A stretch of DNA of 64,000 nt from Utricularia gibba (Eukaryota; Plantae; Magnoliophyta), in NCBI GenBank assembly GCA_002189035.1, contig NEEC01000007.1:3640654-3704653 (forward strand), in the 5' to 3' direction. The position numbers and the translations under genes are program-made. Position 1 is the first letter of the stretch. Each line of letters begins with the position of its first letter. Under the pieces are notes generated by a model. It had not been told where the DNA came from. It made no database searches and saw nothing but the letters and a program-made list of their open reading frames with translations. Of the stretch, positions 22,701 through 36,733 are shown in pieces.

Positions 22701-25700
22701 AACTTGATGCATTTATTAACGGTTGGTTTTAATAGGCTGCCTCAATGGTTTTCTCAAGGAAAAGCTTGTCGTTTTTGGCGGGTGATGTCGTTGTGAACTT
22801 CGTTCTGACCCAAGGTTCGGTCTGTCTCCTTTGCCAAATCTGGTCCTACTCGACGAAAATCGTGATGCAGTTATTGAAGTTAGGATTTCATGAGCACCCA
22901 AAATGCTTTTGTCAATCGCATGCTTTGTAGTTGAGGAGGCGCTCTAGTGGGGCACGGTATCGGGCAAAAGGTCGAGTCGGCTCGCCCAGAGTCATTTTAG
23001 CCGTCAAAAAAATGATGCATTTATTAACGTTGGGTTTTAATAGGCTGCCTACATGGTTTCTCAAGGAAAAGCTTGTCGTTTCTGGCGGGTGATGTCTTTT
23101 GAACTTCGTTCTGACCATAAGGTTCGGTCTGACTCCTTTGCCACATCGGGTCCTACTCGACGAAAATCGTGATGCAGTTATTGAAGTTAGGATTCATGAG
23201 CACCCAAAATGGTTTTCTCAACCGCATGCTTTATATTTGATAAGGCCTCTCGTGGGGCAACGGTATCGAGCAGGAGGTCGAGTCGAGCTCGGGCCCAGTC
23301 ATTTGTAGCCCGGCAAAAAATTGATGCATTTATTAACGTTGGTTTAATAGGCTGCCTAATGTTTCTCAAGGAAAAGCTTGTCGTTTTGGGCGGTGATGTC
23401 TTTTGGAACTTCGTTCTGACCAAGGTTCGGTCTGACTCCTTTGCCACATCGGGTCCTACTCGACGAAAATCGTGATGCAGTTATTGAAGTTAGGATTTCA
23501 TGAGCACCCAAAATGGTTTTCTCAACCGCATGCTTTATATTTGATAAGGCGCTCTCGTGGGGCAACGGTATCGAGCAGGAGGTCGAGTCGAGCTCGGGCC
23601 AGAGTCATTTGTAGCCCGGCAAAAAAATTGATGCATTTATTAACGTTTGGTTTTAATAGGCTGCCTACATGGTTTCTCAAGGAAAAGCTTGTCGTTTCTG
23701 GGCGGGTGATGTCTTTTGGAACTTCGTTCTGACCATAGGTTCGGTCTGACTCCTTTGCCACATCGGGTCCTACTCGACGAAAATCGTGATGCAGTTATTG
23801 AAGTTAGGATTCATGAGCACCCAAAATGGTTTTCTCAACCGCATGCTTTATATTTGATAAGGCACTCTCGTGGGGCAACGGTATCGAGCAGGAGGTCGAG
23901 TCGAGCTCGGGCCAGAGTCATTTGTAGCCGGCAAAAAAATTGATGCATTTATTAACGTTGGTTTTAATAGGCTGCCTACATGTTTCTCAAGGAAAAGCTT
24001 GTCGTTTCTGGGCGGGTGATGTCGTTGGGAACTTCGTTCTGACCAGGTTCGGTCTGACTCCTTTGCCATCGGGTCCTACTCGACGAAAATCGTGATGCAG
24101 TTATTGAAGTTAGGATTCATGAGCACCCAAAATGGTTTTTCTCAACGCATGCTTTATATTTGATAGGCGCTCTCGTGGGGCAACGGTATCGAGCAGGAGG
24201 TCGAGTCGAGCTCGGGCCCAGAGTCATTTGTAGCCGGCAAAAAACTTGATGCATTTATTAACGTTGGTTTTAATAGGCTGCCTACATGTTTTCTCAAGGA
24301 AAAGCTTGTCGTTTTTGGGCGGGTGATGTCTTGTGAACTTCGTTCTGACCATAGGTTCGGTCTGACTCCTTTGCCAATCGGGTCCTACTCGACGAAAATC
24401 GTGATGCAGTTATTGAAGTTAGGATTTCATGAGCACCCAAAATGGTTTTCTCAACCGCATGCTTTATATTTGATAAGGTGCTCTCGTGGGGCAACGGTAT
24501 CGAGTAGGAGGTCGAGTCGAGCTCGGGCCCATAGTCATTTGTAGCTCGGCAAAAAACTTGATGCATTTATTAACGGTTGGTTTTAATAGGCTGCCTCAAT
24601 GGTTTTCTCAAGGAAAAGCTTGTCGTTTTTGGGCGGGTGATGTCGTTGTGAACTTCGTTCTGACCCAAGGTTCGGTCTGTCTCCTTTGCCAATCTGGTCC
24701 TACTCGACGAAAATCGTGATGCAGTTATTGAAGTTAGGATTTCATGAGCACCAAAATGGTTTTCAATCGCATGCTTTGTAGTTGAGGAGGCGCTCTAGTG
24801 GGGCACGGTATCGGCAAAAGGTCGAGTCGGGCTCGCTCCCAGAGTCATTTTTAGCCTGTCAAAAAAATGATGCATTTATTAACGTTGGGTTTTAATAGGC
24901 TGCCTACATGGTTTCTCAAGGAAAAGCTTGTCGTTTCTGGCGGGTGATGTCTTTTGGAACTTCGTTCTGACCATAGGTTCGGTCTGACTCCTTTGCCACA
25001 TCGGGTCCTACTCGACGAAAATCGTGATGCAGTTATTGAAGTTAGGATTTCATGAGCACCCAAAATGGTTTTCTCAACATGCTTTATATTTGATAAGGTG
25101 CTCTCGTGGGGCAACGGTATCGAGTAGGAGGTCGAGTCGAGCTCGGCCCATAGTCATTTGTAGCTCGGCAAAAAACTTGATGCATTTATTAACGTTGGTT
25201 TTAATAGGCTGCCTCAATGTTTTCTCAAGGAAAAGCTTGTCGTTTTTGGGCGGGTGATGTCGTTGTGAACTTCGTTCTGACCAAGGTTCGGTCTGTCTCC
25301 TTTGCCAAATCTGGTCCTACTCGACGAAAATCGTGATGCAGTTATTGAAGTTAGGATTTCATGAGCACCCAAAATGGTTTTCAAGCATGCTTTATATTTG
25401 AGGAGGCGCTCTCGTGGGGCAACGGTATCGAGTAGGAGGTCGAGTCGAGCTCGCCCATAGTCATTTGTAGCTCGGCAAAAAACTTGATGCATTTATTAAC
25501 GGGTTTTAATAGGCTGCCTACATGGTTTCTCAAGGAAAAGCTTGTCGTTTTTGGGCGGGTGATGTCGTTGTGAACTTCGTTCTGACCATAGGTTCGGTCT
25601 GTCCTTTGCCACATCGGGTCCTACTCGACGAAAATCGTGATGCAGTTATTGAAGTTAGGATTTCATGAGCACCCAAAATGGTTTTCTCAACCGCATGCTT

Positions 25701-28700
25701 TATATTTGATAAGGCGCTCTCGTGGGGCAACGGTATCGAGCAGGAGGTCGAGTCGAGCTCGGGCCCAGTCATTTGTAGCTCGGCAAAAAATTGATGCATT
25801 TATTAACGTTGGTTTTTAATAGGCTGCCTACATGGTTTCTCAAGGAAAAGCTTGTCGTTTTTGGCGGGTGATGTCGTTTGAACTTCGTTCTGACCAAGGT
25901 TCGGTCTGACTCCTTTGCCACATCGGTCCTACTCGACGAAAATCGTGATGCAGTTATTGAAGTTAGGATTTCATGAGCACCCAAAATGGTTTTTTCAACG
26001 CATGCTTTATTTGATAGGCGCTCTCGTGGGGCACGGTATCGGCAAAGGGTCGAGTCGGCTCGCTCCCAGAGTCATTTGTAGCCGGCAAAAAATTTGCATT
26101 TTAACGTTGGTTTTAATAGGCTGCCTACATGGTTTCTCAAGGAAAAGCTTGTCGTTTCTGGGCGGTGATGTCTTTTGGAACTTCGTTCTGACCATAGGTT
26201 CGGTCTGACTCCTTTGCCACATCGGGTCCTACTCGACGAAAATCGTGATGCAGTTATTGAAGTTAGGATTTCATGAGCACCCAAAATGGTTTTCTCAACC
26301 GCATGCTTTATATTTGATAAGGTGCTCTCGTGGGGCAACGGTATCGAGTAGGAGGTCGAGTCGAGCTCGGGCCCATAGTCATTTGTAGCTCGGCAAAAAA
26401 CTTGATGCATTTATTAACGTTGGTTTTAATAGGCTGCCTCATGGTTTTCTCAAGGAAAAGCTTGTCGTTTTTGGGCGGGTGATGTCGTTGTGAACTTCGT
26501 TCTGACCCAAGGTTCGGTCTGACTCCTTTGCCAAATCGGTCCTACTCGACGAAAATCGTGATGCAGTTATTGAAGTTAGGATTTCATGAGCACCCAAAAT
26601 GCTTTTCAATCGCATGCTTTGTATTGAGGAGGCGCTCTAGTGGGGCACGGTATCGGTCGAGTCGGGCTCGCCCAGAGTCATTTTTAGCCGGCAAAAAAAT
26701 GATGCATTTATTAACGTTGGGTTTTAATAGGCTGCCTACATGGTTTCTCAAGGAAAGCTTGTCGTTTCTGGGCGGGTGATGTCTTTTGGAACTTCGTTCT
26801 GACCATAGGTTCGGTCTGACTCCTTTGCCACATCGGGTCCTACTCGACGAAAATCGTGATGCAGTTATTGAAGTTAGGATTTCATGAGCACCAAAATGGT
26901 TTCTCAACCGCATGCTTTATATTTGATAAGGTGCTCTCGTGGGGCAACGGTATCGAGTAGGAGGTCGAGTCGAGCTCGGGCCCATAGTCATTTGTAGCTC
27001 GGCAAAAAACTTGATGCATTTATTAACGGTTGGTTTTAATAGGCTGCTTTTTCTCAAGGAAAAGCTTGTCGTTTTTGGCGGGTGATGTCGTTGTGAACTT
27101 CGTTCTGACCAAGGTTCGGTCTGTCTCCTTTGCCAATCTGGTCCTACTCGACGAAAATCGTGATGCAGTTATTGAAGTTAGGATTTCATGAGCACCCAAA
27201 ATGCTTTTTTCAATCGCATGCTTTGTAGTTGAGGAGGCGCTCTAGTGGGGCACGGTATCGGGCAAAAGGTCGAGTCGGGCTCGCTCCAGAGTCATTTTTA
27301 GCCTGTCAAAAAATTGATGCATTTATTAACGTTGGGTTTTAATAGGCTGCCTACATGGTTTCTCAAGGAAAAGCTTGTCGTTTCTGGGCGGTGATGTCTT
27401 TTGGAACTTCGTTCTGACCATAGGTTCGGTCTGACTCCTTTGCCACATCGGGTCCTACTCGACGAAAATCGTGATGCAGTTATTGAAGTTAGGATTTCAT
27501 GAGCACCCAAAATGGTTTTCTCAACCGCATGCTTTATATTTGATAAGGCTCTCGTGGGGCAACGGTATCGAGCAGGAGGTCGAGTCGAGCTCGGGCCCAT
27601 AGTCATTTGTAGCCGGCAAAAAACTTGATGCATTTATTAACGTTGGTTTTAATAGGCTGCCTCAATGGTTTCTCAAGGAAAAGCTTGTCGTTTTTGGGCG
27701 GTGATGTCGTTGGGAACTTCGTTCTGACCCAAGGTTCGGTCTGACTCCTTTGCCAAATCGGTCCTACTCGACGAAAATCGTGATGCAGTTATTGAAGTTA
27801 GGATTTCATGAGCACCCAAAATGGTTTTTCAACGCATGCTTTATATTTGAGGAGGCTCTCGTGGGGCACGGTATCGAGCAGGAGGTCGAGTCGAGCTCGG
27901 CCCAGTCATTTGTAGCTCGGCAAAAAATTGATGCATTTATTAACGTTGGGTTTTAATAGGCCCTACATGTTTTCTCAAGGAAAAGCTTGTCGTTTTTGGG
28001 CGGGTGATGTCGTTGTGAACTTCGTTCTGACCAAGGTTCGGTCTGACTCCTTTGCCACATCGGGTCCTACTCGACGAAAATCGTGATGCAGTTATTGAAG
28101 TTAGGATTTCATGAGCACCCAAAATGGTTTTCTCAACCGCATGCTTTATATTTGATAAGGTGCTCTCGTGGGGCAACGGTATCGAGTAGGAGGTCGAGTC
28201 GAGCTCGGGCCCATAGTCATTTGTAGCTCGGCAAAAAACTTGATGCATTTATTAACGGTTGGTTTAATAGGCTGCCTCAATGTTTTTCAAGGAAAAGCTT
28301 GTCGTTTTTGGCGGGTGATGTCGTTGTGAACTTCGTTCTGACCCAAGGTTCGGTCTGTCTCCTTTGCCAAATCTGGTCCTACTCGACGAAAATCGTGATG
28401 CAGTTATTGAAGTTAGGATTTCATGAGCACCCAAAATGCTTTTGTCAATCGCATGCTTTGTAGTTGAGGAGGCGCTCTAGTGGGGCACGGTATCGGGCAA
28501 AAGGTCGAGTCGGGCTTCCCCAGAGTCATTTTTAGCCTGTCAAAAAAAGTGATGCATTTATTAACGTTGGGTTTTAATAGGCTGCCTACATGTTTCTCAA
28601 GGAAAAGCTTGTCGTTTCTGGGCGGTGATGTCTTTGGAACTTCGTTCTGACCATAGGTTCGGTCTGACTCCTTTGCCACATCGGGTCCTACTCGACGAAA

Positions 28701-31700
28701 ATCGTGATGCAGTTATTGAAGTTAGGATTTCATGAGCACCCAAAATGGTTTTCTCAACCGCATGCTTTATTTTGATAAGGTGCTCTCGTGGGGCAACGGT
28801 ATCGAGTAGGAGGTCGAGTCGAGCTCGGGCCCATAGTCATTTGTAGCTCGGCAAAAAACTTGATGCATTTATTAACGGTTGGTTTAATAGGCTGCCTCAA
28901 TGGTTTTCTCAAGGAAAAGCTTGTCGTTTTTGGGCGGGTGATGTCGTTGTGAACTTCGTTCTGACCAAGGTTCGGTCTGTCTCCTTTGCCAAATCTGGTC
29001 CTACTCGACGAAAATCGTGATGCAGTTATTGAAGTTAGGATTTCATGAGCACCCAAAATGGTTTTCTCAATCGCATGCTTTGTATTTGAGGAGGCGCTCT
29101 AGTGGGGCACGGTATCGAGCAAAAGGTCGAGTCGAGCTCGCCCAGAGTCATTTGTAGCCGGCAAAAAATTGATGCATTTATTAACGTTGGTTTTAATAGG
29201 CTGCCTACATGGTTTCTCAAGGAAAAGCTTGTCGTTTCTGGGCGGGTGATGTCTTTTGGAACTTCGTTCTGACCAGGTTCGGTCTGACTCCTTTGCCACA
29301 TCGGGTCCTACTCGACGAAAATCGTGATGCAGTTATTGAAGTTAGGATTTCATGAGCACCCAAAATGGTTTTCTCAACCGCATGCTTTATATTTGATAAG
29401 GCGCTCTCGTGGGGCAACGGTATCGAGTAGGAGGTCGAGTCGAGCTCGGGCCCATAGTCATTTGTAGCTCGGCAAAAAACTTGATGCATTTATTAACGTT
29501 GGTTTTAATAGGCTGCCTCAATGGTTTCTCAAGGAAAAGCTTGTCGTTTTTGGGCGGGTGATGTCGTTGGAACTTCGTTCTGACCAAGGTTCGGTCTGAC
29601 TCCTTTGCCAATCGGTCCTACTCGACGAAATCGTGATGCAGTTATTGAAGTTAGGATTTCATGAGCACCCAAATGGTTTTCTCAACGCATGCTTTTATTT
29701 GAGGAGGCGCTCTCGTGGGGCACGGTATCGCAGGTCGAGTCGAGCTCGCCCAGAGTCATTTGTAGCCCGGCAAAAAAATTGATGCATTTATTAACGTTGG
29801 TTTAATAGGCTGCCTACATGTTTTCTCAAGGAAAAGCTTGTCGTTTTGGGCGGGTGATGTCTTTGGAACTTCGTTCTGACCAAGGTTCGGTCTGACTCCT
29901 TTGCCACATCGGTCCTACTCGACGAAAATCGTGATGCAGTTATTGAAGTTAGGATTCATGAGCACCCAAAATGGTTTTCTCAACCGCATGCTTTATATTT
30001 GATAAGGCCTCTCGTGGGGCAACGGTATCGAGCAGGAGGTCGAGTCGAGCTCGGGCCCATAGTCATTTGTAGCTCGGCAAAAAATTGATGCATTTATTAA
30101 CGTTGGTTTTAATAGGCTGCCTCAATGGTTTTCTCAAGGAAAAGCTTGTCGTTTTTGGGCGGGTGATGTCGTTGTGAACTTCGTTCTGACCCAAGGTTCG
30201 GTCTGTCTCCTTTGCCAATCGGTCCTACTCGACGAAAATCGTGATGCAGTTATTGAAGTTAGGATTTCATGAGCACCCAAAATGCTTTTCTCAACGCATG
30301 CTTTATATTGAGGAGGCGCTCTCGTGGGGCACGGTATCGGCAAAAGGTCGAGTCGAGCTCGCTCCAGAGTCATTTTTAGCCCGCAAAAAAATGATGCATT
30401 TATTAACGTTGGGTTTAATAGGCTGCCTACATGGTTTCTCAAGGAAAAGCTTGTCGTTTCTGGGCGGTGATGTCTTTTGGAACTTCGTTCTGACCATAGG
30501 TTCGGTCTGACTCCTTTGCCACATCGGGTCCTACTCGACGAAAATCGTGATGCAGTTATTGAAGTTAGGATTTCATGAGCACCCAAAATGGTTTTCTCAA
30601 CCGCATGCTTTATATTTGATAAGGTGCTCTCGTGGGGCAACGGTATCGAGTAGGAGGTCGAGTCGAGCTCGGGCCATAGTCATTTGTAGCTCGGCAAAAA
30701 AATTGATGCATTTATTAACGTTGGTTTTAATAGGCTGCCTCAATGGTTTTTCAAGGAAAAGCTTGTCGTTTTTGGGCGGGTGATGTCGTTGTGAACTTCG
30801 TTCTGACCCAAGGTTCGGTCTGTCTCCTTTGCCAAATCTGGTCCTACTCGACGAAAATCGTGATGCAGTTATTGAAGTTAGGATTTCATGAGCACCCAAA
30901 ATGCTTTTCAACGCATGCTTTATAGTTGAGGAGGCGCTCTCGTGGGGCACGGTATCGAGCAGGAGGTCGAGTCGAGCTCGTAGTCATTTGTAGCCGGCAA
31001 AAAATTGATGCATTTATTAACGTTGGGTTTTAATAGGCTGCTACATGTTTCTCAAGGAAAAGCTTGTCGTTTTGGGCGGGTGATGTCTTTGGAACTTCGT
31101 TCTGACCATAGGTTCGGTCTGACTCCTTTGCCACATCGGGTCCTACTCGACGAAAATCGTGATGCAGTTATTGAAGTTAGGATTCATGAGCACCCAAAAT
31201 GGTTTTCTCAACCGCATGCTTTATATTTGATAAGGTGCTCTCGTGGGGCAACGGTATCGAGTAGGAGGTCGAGTCGAGCTCGGGCCCATAGTCATTTGTA
31301 GCTCGGCAAAAAACTTGATGCATTTATTAACGGTTGGTTTTAATAGGCTGCCTCAATGGTTTTCTCAAGGAAAAGCTTGTCGTTTTTGGCGGGTGATGTC
31401 GTTGTGAACTTCGTTCTGACCAAGGTTCGGTCTGTCTCCTTTGCCAAATCTGGTCCTACTCGACGAAAATCGTGATGCAGTTATTGAAGTTAGGATTTCA
31501 TGAGCACCCAAAATGCTTTTCAATCGCATGCTTTGTAGTTGAGGAGGCGCTCTAGTGGGGCACGGTATCGGGCAAAAGGTCGAGTCGGGCTCGCTCCCAG
31601 AGTCATTTTTAGCCTGGCAAAAAATGATGCATTTATTAACGTTGGGTTTTAATAGGCTGCCTACATGGTTTTCTCAAGGAAAAGCTTGTCGTTTCTGGCG

Positions 31701-34700
31701 GGTGATGTCTTTTGGAACTTCGTTCTGACCATAGGTTCGGTCTGACTCCTTTGCCACATCGGGTCCTACTCGACGAAAATCGTGATGCAGTTATTGAAGT
31801 TAGGATTTCATGAGCACCCAAAATGGTTTTCTCAACCGCATGCTTTATATTTGATAAGGCGCTCTCGTGGGGCAACGGTATCGAGTAGGAGGTCGAGTCG
31901 AGCTCGGGCCCATAGTCATTTGTAGCTCGGCAAAAAACTTGATGCATTTATTAACGGTTGGTTTTAATAGGCTGCCTCATGGTTTTCTCAAGGAAAAGCT
32001 TGTCGTTTTTGGGCGGTGATGTCGTTGTGAACTTCGTTCTGACCCAAGGTTCGGTCTGTCTCCTTTGCCAAATCGGTCCTACTCGACGAAAATCGTGATG
32101 CAGTTATTGAAGTTAGGATTTCATGAGCACCCAAAATGCTTTTCAACGCATGCTTTAGTTGAGGAGGCGCTCTAGTGGGGCACGGTATCGGCAAGGTCGA
32201 GTCGGGCTCGCCCAGAGTCATTTTTAGCCCAAAAAAGTTGATGCATTTATTAACGTTGGTTTTAATAGGCTGCCTACATGGTTTCAAGGAAAAGCTTGTC
32301 GTTTCTGGGCGGGTGATGTCTTTTGAACTTCGTTCTGACCAAGGTTCGGTCTGACTCCTTTGCCACATCGGGTCCTACTCGACGAAAATCGTGATGCAGT
32401 TATTGAAGTTAGGATTTCATGAGCACCCAAAATGGTTTTCTCAACCGCATGCTTTATATTTGATAAGGCGCTCTCGTGGGGCAACGGTATCGAGTAGGAG
32501 GTCGAGTCGAGCTCGGGCCATAGTCATTTGTAGCTCGGCAAAAAATTGATGCATTTATTAACGTTGGTTTTAATAGGCTGCCTCAATGGTTTTCTCAAGG
32601 AAAAGCTTGTCGTTTTTGGGCGGGTGATGTCGTTGTGAACTTCGTTCTGACCCAAGGTTCGGTCTGTCTCCTTTGCCAATCGGTCTACTCGACGAAAATC
32701 GTGATGCAGTTATTGAAGTTAGGATTTCATGAGCACCCAAAATGCTTTTCAACGCATGCTTTATTGAGGAGGCGCTCTCGTGGGGCACGGTATCGAGCAA
32801 AGGTCGAGTCGGGCTCGCCCCAGAGTCATTTGTAGCCCGGCAAAAAAATTGATGCATTTATTAACGTTGGTTTAATAGGCTGCCTACATGTTTCTCAAGG
32901 AAAAGCTTGTCGTTTTTGGGCGGGTGATCTTTTGGAACTTCGTTCTGACCATAGGTTCGGTCTGACTCCTTTGCCACATCGGGTCCTACTCGACGAAAAT
33001 CGTGATGCAGTTATTGAAGTTAGGATTCATGAGCACCCAAAATGGTTTTCTCAACCGCATGCTTTATATTTGATAAGGCACTCTCGTGGGGCAACGGTAT
33101 CGAGCAGGAGGTCGAGTCGAGCTCGGGCCCAGAGTCATTTGTAGCCGGCAAAAAATTGATGCATTTATTAACGTTGGTTTTAATAGGCTGCCTCAATGGT
33201 TTCTCAAGGAAAAGCTTGTCGTTTTTGGGCGGGTGATGTCGTTGGGAACTTCGTTCTGACCAAGGTTCGGTCTGTCTCCTTTGCCAAATCGGTCCTACTC
33301 GACGAAAATCGTGATGCAGTTATTGAAGTTAGGATTCATGAGCACCCAAAATGCTTTTGTCAATCGCATGCTTTGTAGTTGAGGAGGCGCTCTAGTGGGG
33401 CACGGTATCGGGCAAAGGTCGAGTCGGGCTCGCTCCCAGAGTCATTTTTAGCCTGTCAAAAAAGTGATGCATTTATTAACGTTGGGTTTTAATAGGCTGC
33501 CTACATGGTTTCTCAAGGAAAAGCTTGTCGTTTCTGGGGGTGATGTCTTTTGGAACTTCGTTCTGACCATAGGTTCGGTCTGACTCCTTTGCCACATCGG
33601 GTCCTACTCGACGAAAATCGTGATGCAGTTATTGAAGTTAGGATTTCATGAGCACCCAAAATGGTTTTCTCAACCGCATGCTTTATATTTGATAAGGTGC
33701 TCTCGTGGGGCAACGGTATCGAGTAGGAGTCGAGTCGAGCTCGGGCCCATAGTCATTTGTAGCTCGGCAAAAAACTTGATGCATTTATTAACGGTTGGTT
33801 TTAATAGGCTGCCTCAATGGTTTTCTCAAGGAAAAGCTTGTCGTTTTTGGGCGGTGATGTCGTTGTGAACTTCGTTCTGACCCAAGGTTCGGTCTGTCTC
33901 CTTTGCCAAATCTGGTCCTACTCGACGAAAATCGTGATGCAGTTATTGAAGTTAGGATTTCATGAGCACCCAAAATGCTTTTTCAATCGCATGCTTTGTA
34001 GTTGAGGAGGCGCTCTAGTGGGCACGGTATCGGGCAAAAGGTCGAGTCGGGCTCGCCCAGAGTCATTTTAGCCTGTCAAAAAAATGATGCATTTATTAAC
34101 GTTGGGTTTTAATAGGCTGCCTACATGGTTTCTCAAGGAAAAGCTTGTCGTTTCTGGGCGGGTGATGTCTTTTGGAACTTCGTTCTGACCATAGGTTCGG
34201 TCTGACTCCTTTGCCACATCGGTCCTACTCGACGAAAATCGTGATGCAGTTATTGAAGTTAGGATTTCATGAGCACCCAAAATGGTTTTCTCAACCGCAT
34301 GCTTTATATTTGATAAGGCACTCTCGTGGGGCAACGGTATCGAGTAGGAGGTCGAGTCGAGCTCGGGCCATAGTCATTTGTAGCTCGGCAAAAAAATTGA
34401 TGCATTTATTAACGGTTGGTTTTAATAGGCTGCCTCAATGGTTTTCTCAAGGAAAAGCTTGTCGTTTTTGGCGGGTGATGTCGTTGTGAACTTCGTTCTG
34501 ACCCAGGTTCGGTCTGTCTCCTTTGCCAAATCTGGTCCTACTCGACGAAAATCGTGATGCAGTTATTGAAGTTAGGATTTCATGAGCACCCAAAATGCTT
34601 TTGTCAATCGCATGCTTTGTAGTTGAGGAGGCGCTCTAGTGGGGCACGGTATCGGGCAAAGGTCGAGTCGGGCTCGCTCCAGAGTCATTTTTAGCCTGTC

Positions 34701-36733
34701 AAAAAAAGTGATGCATTTATTAACGTTGGGTTTTAATAGGCTGCCTACATGGTTTCTCAAGAAAAAGCTTGTCGTTTCTGGCGGGTGATGTCTTTTGGAA
34801 CTTCGTTCTGACCATAGGTTCGGTCTGACTCCTTTGCCACATCGGGTCCTACTCGACGAAAATCGTGATGCAGTTATTGAAGTTAGGATATATGAGCACC
34901 CAAAATGGTTTTTCAACCGCATGCTTTATATTTGATAAGGCACTCTCGTGGGGCAACGGTATCGAGAGTAGGAGGTCGAGTCGAGCTCGGGCCCATAGTC
35001 ATTTGTAGCTCGGCAAAAAACTTGATGCATTTATTAACGTTGGTTTTAATAGGCTGCTAATGGTTTTCTCAAGGAAAAGCTTGTCGTTTTTGGGCGGGTG
35101 ATGTCGTTGTGAACTTCGTTCTGACCCAAGGTTCGGTCTGTCTCCTTTGCCAATCTGGTCCTACTCGACGAAAATCGTGATGCAGTTATTGAAGTTAGGA
35201 TTTCATGAGCACCCAAAATGCTTTTTCAATCGCATGCTTTGTATTGAGGAGGCGCTCTAGTGGGGCACGGTATCGGCAAAAGGTCGAGTCGGGCTCGCAC
35301 CCCAGAGTCATTTGTAGCCCGGCAAAAAAATTGATGCATTTATTAACGTTGGTTTAATAGGCTGCCTACATGTTTCTCAAGGAAAAGCTTGTCGTTTTTG
35401 GGCGGGTGATGTCGTTTGGAACTTCGTTCTGACCATAGGTTCGGTCTGACTCCTTTGCCACATCGGGTCCTACTCGACGAAAATCGTGATGCAGTTATTG
35501 AAGTTAGGATTCATGAGCACCCAAAATGGTTTTCTCAACCGCATGCTTTATATTTGATAAGGCACTCTCGTGGGGCAACGGTATCGAGCAGGAGGTCGAG
35601 TCGAGCTCGGGCCAGAGTCATTTGTAGCTCGGCAAAAAATTGATGCATTTATTAACGGTTGGTTTTAATAGGCTGCCTCAATGGTTTTCTCAAGGAAAAG
35701 CTTGTCGTTTTTGGGCGGGTGATGTCGTTGGGAACTTCGTTCTGACCCAAGGTTCGGTCTGTCTCCTTTGCCAAATCTGGTCCTACTCGACGAAAATCGT
35801 GATGCAGTTATTGAAGTTAGGATTTCATGAGCACCCAAAATGCTTTTGTCAATCGCATGCTTTGTAGTTGAGGAGGCGCTCTAGTGGGGCACGGTATCGG
35901 GCAAAAGGTCGAGTCGGGCTCGCTCCCAGAGTCATTTTTAGCCTGTCAAAAAAATGATGCATTTATTAACGTTGGTTTTAATAGGCTGCCTACATGGTTT
36001 CTCAAGGAAAAGCTTGTCGTTTCTGGGCGGGTGATGTCTTTTGGAACTTCGTTCTGACCATAGGTTCGGTCTGACTCCTTTGCCACATCGGGTCCTACTC
36101 GACGAAAATCGTGATGCAGTTATTGAAGTTAGGATTCATGAGCACCCAAAATGGTTTTCTCAACGCATGCTTTATATTTGATAAGGCACTCTCGTGGGGC
36201 AACGGTATCGAGCAGGAGGTCGAGTCGAGCTCGGGCCCAGAGTCATTTGTAGCCCGGCAAAAAAATTGATGCATTTATTAACGTTGGTTTAATAGGCTGC
36301 CTACATGTTTTCAAGGAAAAGCTTGTCGTTTGGGCGGGTGATGTCTTTTGGAACTTCGTTCTGACCAGGTTCGGTCTGACTCCTTTGCCACATCGGTCCT
36401 ACTCGACGAAAATCGTGATGCAGTTATTGAAGTTAGGATTTCATGAGCACCCAAAATGGTTTTCAACCGCATGCTTTATATTTGATAAGGCGCTCTCGTG
36501 GGGCAACGGTATCGAGTAGGAGGTCGAGTCGAGCTCGGGCCCATAGTCATTTGTAGCTCGGCAAAAAACTTGATGCATTTATTAACGTTGGTTTTAATAG
36601 GCTGCCTACATGGTTTTCTCAAGGAAAAGCTTGTCGTTTTTGGGCGGGTGATGTCTTTTGGAACTTCGTTCTGACCATAGGTTCGGTCTGACTCCTTTGC
36701 CACATCGGGGTCCTACTCGACGAAAATCGTGAT

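Larger units (their letters stand above)
17170..35490 (+). repeat. Domain dominated by the (B-A)n dimer, ~615-625-bp period, with a C/D interruption at ~21.3-24.4 kb
   Basis: Alternating B and A (or A-hybrid) units, e.g. starts 18519 B, 18835 A; 26250 B, 26563 A, 26861 B, 27165 A; 33625 B, 33939 A, 34246 B, 34559 A. Confidence 0.75.

Noticed and set aside
32926-32929. Identity with the 312-bp wild-beet satellite pTS4.1
   Set aside because: As I recall it is a Sau3AI-defined family, whereas GATC is absent from the consensus; I noticed it only here, produced by a deletion.
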